NCBI GenBank assembly: GCA_009779255.1
Contig: WREQ01000001.1
Span: forward strand, 5,190-69,189
Source: Dehalococcoidia bacterium
GTDB taxonomy: Bacteria; Chloroflexota; Dehalococcoidia; Dehalococcoidales; UBA1222
Direction of reading: 5' to 3'
Length of the DNA stretch: 64,000 nt
Below are positions 26,263-35,682 of the stretch, piece after piece (the first letter of the stretch is position 1; every line of letters starts with the position of its first letter). The notes under the pieces were generated by a model, which was not told the DNA's origin, made no database searches, and was given only the letters and a program-made list of their open reading frames with translations. Both the position numbers and the translations under genes were made by a program.

Positions 26263-26668
26263 ACGATTCATCCTAAGTATTAGCAGAAGTGTCCGCTCTA
26301 AAACGAAATCCCCGTTTCTCTGTTGCTGATTCGCCGATTGAGCTTGCGTATTCGCTTGCGTTAATAATGCGGAAAATAGATACTTGATAACACCGCCATG
26401 GGTGCTCAAGTATTACCCCTTTGTCGAAAATGTAATTTACCACCTGCGCAGTCACCGTTGCATAGAGTGGTGCGGCTATTGAGACAATAGCATTGACCCC
26501 AAGAGTGCGCTTCAAAGGCTTTTCGGCTATCTCGCATTCAGAACCTACGAGGGCGAGCCGCCTTTGTTCACGGCATGGGCTATTAGAAAAAATGCTGCCC
26601 GAAATCATAACCATCACAGACGAGCAATATCAAGCCTTAATCAAAATCAACAAGAAAGGAGTTGCCGA

Positions 26669-26887
26669 GTGGCAATATATCATCTATCAATCAAAATCAT
26701 CAGCAGTGGCAAAGACGGTAAGTCCTCTGTTGCGGCGGCGGCTTATCGTGCGGCTGATAAAATCCATAATGAATATGATGGAGTAACCCACGACTACACC
26801 CGCAAAGGCGGTGGACGCGAAATCGTCCGTCACCTTACAAACATCTTACATTCTCCATACGCTTTACTGCTTTTTAACAATGCCTGA
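26669..26887 (+). pseudogene. N-terminal remnant of a MobA/MobL-family conjugative relaxase
   Basis: GTG at 26669 lies 7 nt after AAAGGAG. (V)AIYHLSIKIISSGKDGKSSVAAAAYRAADKIHNEYDGVTHDYTRKGG matches the conserved first ~48 aa of MobA/MobL relaxases. The frame then degenerates and stops at 26887, whereas full proteins have several hundred aa. Confidence 0.75.
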
Positions 26888-26944
26888 CCTTGTTAAAATA
26901 TCGTCTCAGTAGAATAAAAAAATCATTGAGGAGAATGAAGGATC

Positions 26945-27808
26945 ATGAAAAAACCGCTTGTTCTTATTTCCCTGCTACTCGTTCTGGCGCTCGCTCTGAC
27001 CGCTTGCAGCGCAAGCTTTGACCCGGCGAAAAACATATCCGTAGTTGCCCGCGAAGACGGCAGCGGCACCAAAACCGCCTTCATGGAGCTCATCGGACTT
27101 AGAGGCAAGGCCGACCCCAGGCACGTTGTCACCCAGAACGGTGTCGCAGGCGTCCTTGCGGAAGTGAAGGGCAATCCGCACGCGGTCGCGTATGAAAGCC
27201 TTGGTTATGTCACAAAGGACGTGAAAGCGCTGAAGGTCAACGGCGTGGAAGCCTCGGTCGCCAATATCAAAAACGGCACCTATCAAATCGCCCGTCCGCT
27301 CTCGGTAGTATATAAAGAATCCACCCTCAGCAATTCCCTATACAACGCCTTTCTGACCTTCCTGAAATCCAGCAACGCGCAAAATATCATCAACGACGAG
27401 GGTTATGTTTCGGTCGTTGACAACGCGGCTGCGTATACGATAAACAGTTCTCTCTCCGGCACGATAGAGATAAGCGGCTCAACCTCGCTCCAGCCTTTGA
27501 TGGGCGAACTTGCCAGCGCGTTCAAAAAACTCCAACCTAACGTAACTATCAATGTGGCGGGCGGCGGCAGCGGTACCGGATATAATAACGCCGAAAACGG
27601 CGTATCCCAGTTCGGCATGATAAGCGAAGTATTCGGCCAAGCTAGGGCTGCTTCCTGCACCCATTATATCGTAGCCCAGGACGGCATCGCGGTTATCGTC
27701 AATAAAAAGAACCCTCTGGATAATATCACGATGGATCAACTGAAAAATATTTACGACGTTGACGCAGGGGCAAGCGCCATTCTCAAGTGGGACGCGCTGG
27801 TGAAATAG
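26945..27808 (+). CDS. pstS: phosphate ABC transporter substrate-binding lipoprotein
   Basis: Signal peptide plus lipobox LTAC. REDGSGTKTAF lies near the N-terminus and GSTSLQPL...GGGSGTGY...IAVIVNKKNP in the C-terminal half. It lies upstream of pstCAB. Confidence 0.9.
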   Translation: MKKPLVLISLLLVLALALTACSASFDPAKNISVVAREDGSGTKTAFMELIGLRGKADPRHVVTQNGVAGVLAEVKGNPHAVAYESLGYVTKDVKALKVNGVEASVANIKNGTYQIARPLSVVYKESTLSNSLYNAFLTFLKSSNAQNIINDEGYVSVVDNAAAYTINSSLSGTIEISGSTSLQPLMGELASAFKKLQPNVTINVAGGGSGTGYNNAENGVSQFGMISEVFGQARAASCTHYIVAQDGIAVIVNKKNPLDNITMDQLKNIYDVDAGASAILKWDALVK

Positions 27809-27922
27809 CGCATCGTCGGCAGCATCGGCTCAGTCATGTCGCGTATTAAAGCGCATACAGATCCCTCCTTCGCCTTGACGCGCATTGCCATACTCGTCGC
27901 TCCTGCCTCCTCGTAGGTGGTC

Positions 27923-27973
27923 GGCTATGTTCCACTCCGCAAAGCCTTTGGTTTTGCGGAGTGGAACATAGCC
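27923..27973 (+). repeat. perfect 21-bp inverted repeat (extendable to about 24 bp) in the pstS-pstC spacer
   Basis: GGCTATGTTCCACTCCGCAAA (27923-27943) pairs with TTTGCGGAGTGGAACATAGCC (27953-27973). The central gccTTTggt adds 3 more pairs. No U-tract follows. Confidence 0.85.
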
Positions 27974-28016
27974 ACAGGGAATTTGCAATGTTTAAGCCTG
28001 ACTGTGAGAAAGCATA

Positions 28017-28904
28017 ATGAACAAAGCTTATCGTTTTATCAAGGCCAGAGACAACGTCATGCGCGGCATATTCCTGTTTTGCGCCGTGTTCTCGGTAATG
28101 GCACTCGGCTGCATCTGCGTGTTTTTGTTCGCGGAGGGTCTGCCGTTCATCGGCAAGGTCGGGCCGGCCAATTTCTTCGGGACAACGTGGCATCTGGACA
28201 GCGCCGCATACGGCATCCTCTCCATGATCGTGGCGTCGCTCTATGTCACGGCATTGTCAACGGCCATCGGCGTGACCGCCGGATTGTTCACGGCGATCAG
28301 CCTGTATAAATTTTGCCCGCCCAAAGCCGTTCCCCCGATCCGGCAGATGATCAACCTTTTGGCGGGGATTCCGTCGGTCATATTCGGCCTGTTCGGCTTG
28401 ATAATAATAGTGCCTTTTCTGCGCGACGTCATCTCCCCGAACGGCATGGGCTACGGTATTCTGGCGGCGAGCCTTGTTTTGTCGGTGATGATATTGCCGA
28501 CCATCGTCAGCGTCAGCCTCGATGCTTTGAACGCCGTGCCGAAAAATTATTTTGAGGGCGCCATCGCGCTTGGAGCGACAAAGGAACAGAGCGTGTTCAA
28601 GGTCATGCTGCCCGCCGCCAAAAGCGGGGTGCTTGCCGCCGTCGTGCTGTCTATCGGGCGCGCCATCGGCGAAACGATGGCGGTCATCATGGTGATCGGC
28701 AATTCGCCAGTCATGCCGACAAGCCTGTTCCAATCGGTGCGGACGATGACGGCGAACATCGCCTTGGGCGCGACCGAGCTTTCCGGCGATGCCGCGACCG
28801 CGCTCGTAGCCACCGGCGTGGTGCTATTTTTTTTCACGCTCCTGTTGAATCTGAGCATATCATTGTTGAGAGGGGGTGGAGGACGTGAGCGAAAAGGCGC
28901 ATAA
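28017..28904 (+). CDS. pstC: phosphate ABC transporter permease PstC
   Basis: 295 aa, polytopic, with the EAA-like region EGAIALGATKEQSVFKVMLPAA. Confidence 0.92.
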   Translation: MNKAYRFIKARDNVMRGIFLFCAVFSVMALGCICVFLFAEGLPFIGKVGPANFFGTTWHLDSAAYGILSMIVASLYVTALSTAIGVTAGLFTAISLYKFCPPKAVPPIRQMINLLAGIPSVIFGLFGLIIIVPFLRDVISPNGMGYGILAASLVLSVMILPTIVSVSLDALNAVPKNYFEGAIALGATKEQSVFKVMLPAAKSGVLAAVVLSIGRAIGETMAVIMVIGNSPVMPTSLFQSVRTMTANIALGATELSGDAATALVATGVVLFFFTLLLNLSISLLRGGGGRERKGA

Positions 28905-29739
28905 AAAGGAAATTATGAAATTCGCGGCCTGGAAAACCGTTTCACGGGCCGCGCTGATCTTGAGCCTTGCCGCGCTCGCCGCCGTGATCATCTTCGTTCT
29001 CATCCGGGGAATCCCGTATGTCAACGCGCATTTATTATTCGGCGAATACAGCACCCGGAACCCCTCCATCAAGCCAGCGCTCATCGGCACGCTGTATCTG
29101 ATTCTCATTTCCGTGTCCATCGCCGCGCCGATCGGCATCGGCAGCGCAATCTTTCTGACCGAATACACAAAAAGCAAAAGCCGACTGGTGCGCATCATCC
29201 GTGTCGCCGTTGAAACGCTGGCGGGCATACCCTCGATCGTTTACGGGATATTCGGCTATCTTGTTTTCGTCGTTGCGCTTGGCTTCGGATATTCGATGAT
29301 CGGCGGCGGCATCACGCTCGCCGTCATGATCCTGCCGGTCATCGTCCGCTCCACCGAAGAAAGCTTGCTCGCCGTGCCGCTTTCACTGCGGGAGGGCAGC
29401 TTCGCGCTTGGCTCATCAAAGTTCAAGACGATCTTTTCCGTCATTTTGCCTTGCGCCGCGAGCGGCATCGTCACTTCGTTGATTTTGGCAATCGGGCGGG
29501 TCATCTCTGAAAGCGCTGTCTTGATCCTGACCATCGGCATGGTGGTGGACAGGATACCCGACGGGTTCGCTTCTCCCGGAACGAGCCTTGCCCTCGACGT
29601 TTATTATTTCGGTTCCCACGGCTATCCCGAACAGGCAGCGGCGACCGGCGTGGTGCTACTTGTTCTCGTGGTGTCCATCAACATTCTGGCGACAGTCTTA
29701 GGAAAAGTGTTTGGCAAAGGGGAACTTGCGAATGGATAA
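28876..29739 (+). CDS. pstA: phosphate ABC transporter permease PstA
   Basis: 287 aa, polytopic, with [21 protein letters not shown]. The start is ambiguous (GTG 28876 or 28885, or ATG 28915). Confidence 0.9.
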   Translation: MEDVSEKAHKKEIMKFAAWKTVSRAALILSLAALAAVIIFVLIRGIPYVNAHLLFGEYSTRNPSIKPALIGTLYLILISVSIAAPIGIGSAIFLTEYTKSKSRLVRIIRVAVETLAGIPSIVYGIFGYLVFVVALGFGYSMIGGGITLAVMILPVIVRSTEESLLAVPLSLREGSFALGSSKFKTIFSVILPCAASGIVTSLILAIGRVISESAVLILTIGMVVDRIPDGFASPGTSLALDVYYFGSHGYPEQAAATGVVLLVLVVSINILATVLGKVFGKGELANG

Positions 29740-30493
29740 ACAATTTAACATCACTGTGCGCGATTGTGATTTATATTATAGTGACTTTCAAGCCTTAAAG
29801 AATGTCAGCATAGATATAGAGGAACACGAAGTCACGGCGTTAATCGGGCCGTCCGGCTGCGGCAAATCGACGTTTATAAAAATGCTCAACCGCATGAACG
29901 ACCTTGTGGAAGATTGCCGTATCACTGGTGAAATCCTAATCGGCGGGCAAGATATATACGCGAAAGGAATGGATGTGACCCTGCTTCGCAAAAATGCAGG
30001 CATGGTTTTTCAAAAACCCAACCCGTTCCCAATGAGCATATATGATAACATCGCTTTTGCGCCCCGCACCTTTGGGATAAAGAAAAAAAGCGAACTTGAC
30101 AGCATCGTAGAGCGTTCGCTGAAACAAGCGGGCTTATGGAATGAAGCGAAAGACAGGCTTCGTAAAAACGCGATGGGATTGTCGGGCGGACAACAGCAAA
30201 GGCTCTGCATCGCCCGTGCGCTTGCGGCTGAACCGAAAATATTATTGATGGACGAACCGACAAGCGCACTGGACCCGATTTCAACGGGGAAAATAGAGGA
30301 TTTGATTAACGATTTGAAGAATAAATACACCATCGTAATCGTCACCCACAATATGCAGCAGGCGACGCGCATATCGGATAAAACCGCGTTCTTTCTGTTG
30401 GGGGAAATAATCGAATACGGCAGGACAGTAGACATTTTTTCAAAACCAAAAGACAAGCGCACCGAAAATTACATAACAGGAAGATTCGGTTAG
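29732..30493 (+). CDS. pstB: phosphate ABC transporter ATP-binding protein PstB
   Basis: Trimmed to [11 protein letters not shown]. Walker [10 protein letters not shown], signature LSGGQQQRL and Walker B LLMDEP are present. Overlaps the pstA stop by 8 nt. Confidence 0.95.
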   Translation: MDKQFNITVRDCDLYYSDFQALKNVSIDIEEHEVTALIGPSGCGKSTFIKMLNRMNDLVEDCRITGEILIGGQDIYAKGMDVTLLRKNAGMVFQKPNPFPMSIYDNIAFAPRTFGIKKKSELDSIVERSLKQAGLWNEAKDRLRKNAMGLSGGQQQRLCIARALAAEPKILLMDEPTSALDPISTGKIEDLINDLKNKYTIVIVTHNMQQATRISDKTAFFLLGEIIEYGRTVDIFSKPKDKRTENYITGRFG

Positions 30494-30525
30494 GATTGAA
30501 AAATTTACAAAAAAGGAGTATAATC

Positions 30526-31185
30526 ATGTCTATACGAACACGATACGATAAAGAATTGGCAGGCGTTTTCGATAACCTTGTGCTGATGTGCCGCCACATC
30601 GAAGTGGCGATTGAGAAAAGCGTTAAGGCTCTTGTTGACCGAAACTTTGAGCTTGCATACGAAGTTTGCGACGACCATAAGCAAATAGACAAAATGGAGC
30701 GCGAAATTGAGCAGTCCTGTCTACGGATACTGTTGATGGAACACCCCGTCGCAAGCGACTTCCACGAAGTATCCGCCGCGCTTAAAATGATAACCGACCT
30801 TGAACGTATCGGCGACCAAGCGTGGGATATAGCCGAAATCGTACCGCAATTCGGCGACGAGGGGTATATTAAAAAACTGGAGCACATCCCGCAGATGGCG
30901 GTCATCGTTATACAGATGGTTAAAGACGGCGTTCATGCGTATATCAACCGCGACCTAAAACTCGCCCGTTCTCTTGACAAAACAGATGACAAAGTTGACG
31001 GCTTGTTTAATACCGTAATGGCAGACCTTACGGCTCTTATCAAGAAAAATCCCGACAATGCCGAGCAAGCAATCATGCTTATGATGATAACGAAATACTT
31101 AGAGCGTATCGGCGACCATGCCGTGAATATCGGCGATTGGGTCGAGTACGCTATTACGGGCAACCGCCCGAAAGGAAAAGAGTGA
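30526..31185 (+). CDS. phoU: phosphate signalling complex protein PhoU
   Basis: Trimmed to MSIRTRYDKEL after an AAAGGAG SD. Two PhoU repeats carry the ERIGD motifs LERIGDQAWDI and LERIGDHAVNI. Confidence 0.92.
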   Translation: MSIRTRYDKELAGVFDNLVLMCRHIEVAIEKSVKALVDRNFELAYEVCDDHKQIDKMEREIEQSCLRILLMEHPVASDFHEVSAALKMITDLERIGDQAWDIAEIVPQFGDEGYIKKLEHIPQMAVIVIQMVKDGVHAYINRDLKLARSLDKTDDKVDGLFNTVMADLTALIKKNPDNAEQAIMLMMITKYLERIGDHAVNIGDWVEYAITGNRPKGKE

Positions 31186-31189
31186 TAAC

Positions 31190-31864
31190 ATGAAGCAAAT
31201 TATCTTCGCGGTCGAGGACGATGCCGCGATTCAAGAACTCTATACATACTCATTGGAAAATGAGTTTGACTGCCACTGTTTTAATGACGGGACATCGTTC
31301 TTTGACGCGTTTGCGAACGGCAGCCCCGACCTCATTCTGCTTGACATTATGCTGCCCGGCGATGATGGCTTTGCGATTCTGTCGCGCTTGAAAAACGGTA
31401 AATCCACCGCCCATATCCCTGTCATTATGGTGTCGGCAAAGGGCGAGGAAGTTTCAAAGGTCAAGGGATTAAACATGGGAGCCGACGACTACATAGCAAA
31501 GCCGTTCGGCGTTCTGGAACTTGTGGCGCGTATCAAGGCGAATCTGCGTAAAAGCGGAAGCAGTACGGCTGAAAGCGTCGTATATAAGGACATCACGATT
31601 GACCATTCAAAGCACCGTATTATCGTGAACGGGAGTCAAATCCAAACGACACTCAAAGAGTACAATCTTTTATGTCTGCTCTGCGAGAACGCCGAAAAGG
31701 TACAGGAGCGGGAGGTTATTTTCAATGAGGTGTGGGGCGATAGCTTCATCGGCGAAACGCGCACGTTAGACTTCCACATAAAGGAATTGAGAAAGAAACT
31801 CGTTGAAAACAGGAGCGAAGCCGCCATCCAAACCATCCGAGGGGTAGGTTATATACTCACATGA
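31190..31864 (+). CDS. OmpR-family response regulator (PhoB/PhoP-like)
   Basis: Receiver domain (DLILLDIMLPGDDG, SAKG) plus a winged-helix output (IQTIRGVGYIL). Lies in pst-phoU context. Confidence 0.9.
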   Translation: MKQIIFAVEDDAAIQELYTYSLENEFDCHCFNDGTSFFDAFANGSPDLILLDIMLPGDDGFAILSRLKNGKSTAHIPVIMVSAKGEEVSKVKGLNMGADDYIAKPFGVLELVARIKANLRKSGSSTAESVVYKDITIDHSKHRIIVNGSQIQTTLKEYNLLCLLCENAEKVQEREVIFNEVWGDSFIGETRTLDFHIKELRKKLVENRSEAAIQTIRGVGYILT

Positions 31865-33546
31865 AAAAAAGACTTTTCATATATACGATGCTCATAATTT
31901 CCACGGGTCTGCTATGTTTTTTTGCCGCGTCCGTCTATATAACGCAAAATAACAATCTGAACATAGCCAAAGATACGGTAATGGAAACGGCGCGGAACTA
32001 CGCAGACTTATATACCAGCGATACTGAACTATCCGCTTTCGTCAAAACGAGCGGCGACACTCGGATAACTATAATCGCCCCGGACGGCACAGTTTTGGCG
32101 GACAGCCGTCCGCTTGATATTACTTCGCTCGAAAATCATTTGGATCGTCCCGAAGTACAGGCTGCCGCGAACGGTTCGCCAACGGCGTTTGTCCGTCACT
32201 CCGATTCGCTTGGCGTGGATATGATTTATTATGCAGTAACTATACCAACAGGATATGCAACATTTGACGGGTTTGTCTATTTGCGGGCTGCGATTCCCGT
32301 TGCGAAAATAGACGCTTACCTTTTCCAATCCCTGCCGCTGCTGATCGTTTTGCTCCTTGCCGTCGCGTTGCTTTGCTTTGCCTTTTCACGCGGCATGATC
32401 GGACGGGTCACAAAACCCTTTGAATCGGTTGAACGGAAATTGCGCCTTTTATCTAACGGAGAGTATGTGCCGGAACCTATTGACGGGAGTTATGAAGAAA
32501 TAGACGCAATTATCCGAGGGATTGATGAAGTAGCGCAAGTTTTACAGAGCAGTTTTGCCGATTTGCGGGATGAAAAAACCAAACTGGATTACGTCATGAG
32601 CAACATCGGCGATGGGCTGTTTGTGTTGGACGACGACAAAAAAATAACGCTGATAAACTCCGCCGCGCTTGGCATCTTCAACGCAAACCTTGAAATCGTC
32701 GGGAAGAATGTCAATTACCTTTCCAATGAAAAAACGCTCGTCGATACGGTGAGGGATTGCGTAAACCATAACGAGGACGCCCTGTTTGAATTTCTCACAA
32801 ATGGTCGGATTTACTTGACCGCCGTTAAGCAGCTCCACGATACGAAACTGACGATGGTAGTGCTGTCAGACGTTACGGAAAACCGCGAGAACGCCATGCG
32901 GCGGGAAGAATTTTTCGCAAACGCTTCACACGAATTGAAAACGCCACTGACAGCGATTAAAGGTTTCAATGAGTTGACGGCGCTCAACAACAAAGATGAA
33001 GGCATAAACAAATATATCGATAGCATCACGCGGGAAACCGACCGTATGCTATCGCTGATTGGGGATATGCTCAAGCTGTCCGAACTCGAAAACACGCAAA
33101 ACACTACCCCAGTTACCGTGTCGCTTAAAAAAACGGCGGAAGAAGTCCGCGAAACTTTATCTGCCGCTATCAGCGAAAAATCCATAACCCTTGATATTAT
33201 CGGCGACGGCACGGTAGAAGCCGAGCCAAGTCATGTTTATGAGCTTATAAAAAACCTTGCGGAAAACGCCGTGCGCTATAATAACCCAAATGGCAGAGTG
33301 TCAGTGACGATTGAAAACACGGGGATTTTTGTTTATGACGACGGCATCGGTATATCGCCCGTTGAACAAACAAGGATTTTTGAGCGTTTCTACCGCGTTG
33401 AAAAAAGCCGCGGGAAGCGCGGCGGCGGCACGGGATTAGGGCTTTCAATCGTCAAGCATATTTGCGCTTTGTATGGTTGGGAACTGTCACTGAAAAGCAA
33501 ACTCGGCGTGGGAACAGAGATAACGGTGACGTTTGGGAAGAAATAA
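31861..33546 (+). CDS. sensor histidine kinase (PhoR-like)
   Basis: Two TM segments, a PAS-like region, the H-box FFANASHELKTPLTAIKG and the G2 box GGTGLGLSIVKHI. ATGA overlap with the regulator gene. Confidence 0.9.
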   Translation: MKKRLFIYTMLIISTGLLCFFAASVYITQNNNLNIAKDTVMETARNYADLYTSDTELSAFVKTSGDTRITIIAPDGTVLADSRPLDITSLENHLDRPEVQAAANGSPTAFVRHSDSLGVDMIYYAVTIPTGYATFDGFVYLRAAIPVAKIDAYLFQSLPLLIVLLLAVALLCFAFSRGMIGRVTKPFESVERKLRLLSNGEYVPEPIDGSYEEIDAIIRGIDEVAQVLQSSFADLRDEKTKLDYVMSNIGDGLFVLDDDKKITLINSAALGIFNANLEIVGKNVNYLSNEKTLVDTVRDCVNHNEDALFEFLTNGRIYLTAVKQLHDTKLTMVVLSDVTENRENAMRREEFFANASHELKTPLTAIKGFNELTALNNKDEGINKYIDSITRETDRMLSLIGDMLKLSELENTQNTTPVTVSLKKTAEEVRETLSAAISEKSITLDIIGDGTVEAEPSHVYELIKNLAENAVRYNNPNGRVSVTIENTGIFVYDDGIGISPVEQTRIFERFYRVEKSRGKRGGGTGLGLSIVKHICALYGWELSLKSKLGVGTEITVTFGKK

Positions 33547-33683
33547 AACATCCATCAAAATACAATGCACGATGAGGCTCAAACCGTCTTGTCAGGCGAT
33601 TTTTTGTGTCCGAAATGTAAAACAATACGAAATGTTTTAAGAATTATTTTCACAAACCCCTTGACGAAAGTGAAACTCCGCCG

Positions 33684-34511
33684 TCAGAAGAACTTCCCCC
33701 ACACCACCCGCTCTATCCCCGCCAAGTCAGCCATGGTTTCGATATGCGCGGACGGAACAGCCCTCTTGAGCATCGCCATGACCGCCTGTGCCTGACCAAG
33801 CCCAATCTCAAGCAGGACACTGCCGCCGGGGCAGATTTTGCCATCCAAGCCTTCACATAACCGTTCAATAATCTCCAACCCATTGGCACCGCCATCCAGA
33901 GCCATGTGCGGCTCGCAACTGCCGGCGCAATCGGCAGATTTTACATAAGGCAAATTAGCGACCAGAATATCGACGGCTTTCGGCAAAGGCTGCGCAAGGT
34001 CGCCATGCAAAAAAATAATCTGTGATGCCACCCCATGCCTGAAAGCGTTGCGGCTGGCAACCTCTAGCGCTTCGGATGAAATATCCACGGCATAGATTTC
34101 ACTCCCCGGCAGGTTGGCAGCCAACGTGATGGCAATCGCGCCGCTGCCGGTGCCTATATCTGCAATCGATGGGGTATTCAGATTACCCGCCAACTGCAAC
34201 ACCTTTTCTATAATATGTTCGGTTTCAGGCCTCGGAATCAGCACGAAAGGATTGACTTCAAACTCCAGCCCGTAGAATTCGCGTCTGCCAAGGATGTACG
34301 CCAGCGGCTCTCCCTGTATATGGCGGCTGACCAAAGTTTCAAGATGAGCGGACCAGGCAGCAGAGATGTCGCGTTCGAAAGCAAGGAACAAGCCTGCGGC
34401 ATCTAACCCCGAAACATGGCGGACGAGCAGCTCCGATTTCAGTTCTGCTTCCTCAACAGCGGCATCCACAAGGCGGGCTCTGACCTGCGCCAACGCCTCT
34501 TTCAGGTTCAC
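33684..34511 (-). CDS. prmC: release-factor glutamine N5-methyltransferase
   Basis: DIGTGSGAIAI SAM motif. 4-nt overlap with prfA. The catalytic tetrad reads NLPY instead of the canonical NPPY. Confidence 0.88.
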   Translation of the reverse strand: MNLKEALAQVRARLVDAAVEEAELKSELLVRHVSGLDAAGLFLAFERDISAAWSAHLETLVSRHIQGEPLAYILGRREFYGLEFEVNPFVLIPRPETEHIIEKVLQLAGNLNTPSIADIGTGSGAIAITLAANLPGSEIYAVDISSEALEVASRNAFRHGVASQIIFLHGDLAQPLPKAVDILVANLPYVKSADCAGSCEPHMALDGGANGLEIIERLCEGLDGKICPGGSVLLEIGLGQAQAVMAMLKRAVPSAHIETMADLAGIERVVWGKFF

Positions 34512-35578
34512 ACTGCCTCGGCTTCTAGTGCTCTGGCTTGCTCGCTGGTGGCTACGGCATCGATAATCTCGGCTAGTCCGCCCTCCATAACCTTGGGAAG
34601 ATTGTGTACGGTAAGGCCGATGCGATGGTCGGTAACACGATCCTGCGGGAAATTATAGGTGCGTATTTTCTCGGCGCGCTCGCCGGTGCCCACCTGGGTG
34701 CGGCGTTCGGCAGCCAGTTCGTTTTCTTGTTTGCAGCGCTCGGCGTCCAGCAAGCGCGCCTTTAACACTGCCATGGCCTTTTGACGATTACGTAGCTGTG
34801 AACGCTCGTCCTGACACACCACCACCAAGCCGGTGGGGAGATGCGTCAAACGCACCGCCGTTGCCACCTTGTTGACGTTCTGCCCTCCGGCACCGCCGGA
34901 ATGAAAAATATCCACGCGCAACTCAGATGGATTTATATCCACCTCAACATCCTCCGCCTCCGGCAGGACAGCCACCGTAGCCGTAGAGGTATGAATGCGC
35001 CCTCCGGCCTCCGTGGCCGGCACTCGCTGCACGCGATGCACCCCCCGCTCGTACTTGAAGCGTGAAAAAGCGCCCCTGCCACTGACCTCAAAAATGATTT
35101 CCTTGAACGCGCCCACCGCGCCTTCAGAGCGGTCGATAATCTCTACTGTCCAGCCGTGGGTCTGGGCGTACCGGCTGTACATACGGAACAGATCGGCGGC
35201 AAACAGTCCGGCCTCATCTCCTCCGGTGCCGGCACGGATTTCCATGATGACATCCCGCCCGTCATTTGGGTCGCTCGGCAGCAGTGATGTTTTAAGTCCA
35301 GCCAACTGCGATTCCAGGACGGCCTCCAGCGACACCAGCTCCTGTTTGGCCATGATGCGCATCTCTTCATCAGTTTCCGTATCCAAAATCAAGTGAGTAT
35401 CGGCAATCTGTTTTTCGGTATTCCTGTACTGCCGATACATCCTGACCACGTTCTCTACTCCGGAACGTTCCTGCGCCAGTTCCTGTAGACGCTTAATATC
35501 GGAAACGACATCCGGCGATGCCATCTCTTGTTCGATCTCATTGAAACGCAGTTCAAGCTGCGCCAGCCTATCCAGCAT
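34508..35578 (-). CDS. prfA: peptide chain release factor 1
   Basis: 356 aa with the PATE-type recognition loop (RVPATEAGGRIHTS) and the GGQ motif (SGGAGGQNVNKV). Confidence 0.95.
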   Translation of the reverse strand: MLDRLAQLELRFNEIEQEMASPDVVSDIKRLQELAQERSGVENVVRMYRQYRNTEKQIADTHLILDTETDEEMRIMAKQELVSLEAVLESQLAGLKTSLLPSDPNDGRDVIMEIRAGTGGDEAGLFAADLFRMYSRYAQTHGWTVEIIDRSEGAVGAFKEIIFEVSGRGAFSRFKYERGVHRVQRVPATEAGGRIHTSTATVAVLPEAEDVEVDINPSELRVDIFHSGGAGGQNVNKVATAVRLTHLPTGLVVVCQDERSQLRNRQKAMAVLKARLLDAERCKQENELAAERRTQVGTGERAEKIRTYNFPQDRVTDHRIGLTVHNLPKVMEGGLAEIIDAVATSEQARALEAEAV

Positions 35579-35629
35579 AAAAGACTCCCGGGAGCGTCAT
35601 TGTAGCATGAGCACTATACATAAACAATA

Positions 35630-35667
35630 CATGATGCGGGGAGGTTGTTACGCCTCCCCGCATCATG
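35630..35667 (-). terminator. terminator hairpin downstream of acs
   Basis: CATGATGCGGGGAGG, an 8-nt loop, then CCTCCCCGCATCATG gives a perfect 15-bp stem. On the minus strand it is followed by a moderately T-rich tract (TATTGTTTAT). Confidence 0.7.
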
Positions 35668-35682
35668 TCGCGGTAACAAACG

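Noticed and set aside
26273-26617. 114-aa minus-strand ORF between the PNPOx-like gene and the relaxase remnant
   Set aside because: I can recognise no family, there is no convincing SD, and it lies in apparent mobile-element debris. It is left unannotated and is worth a blastx.
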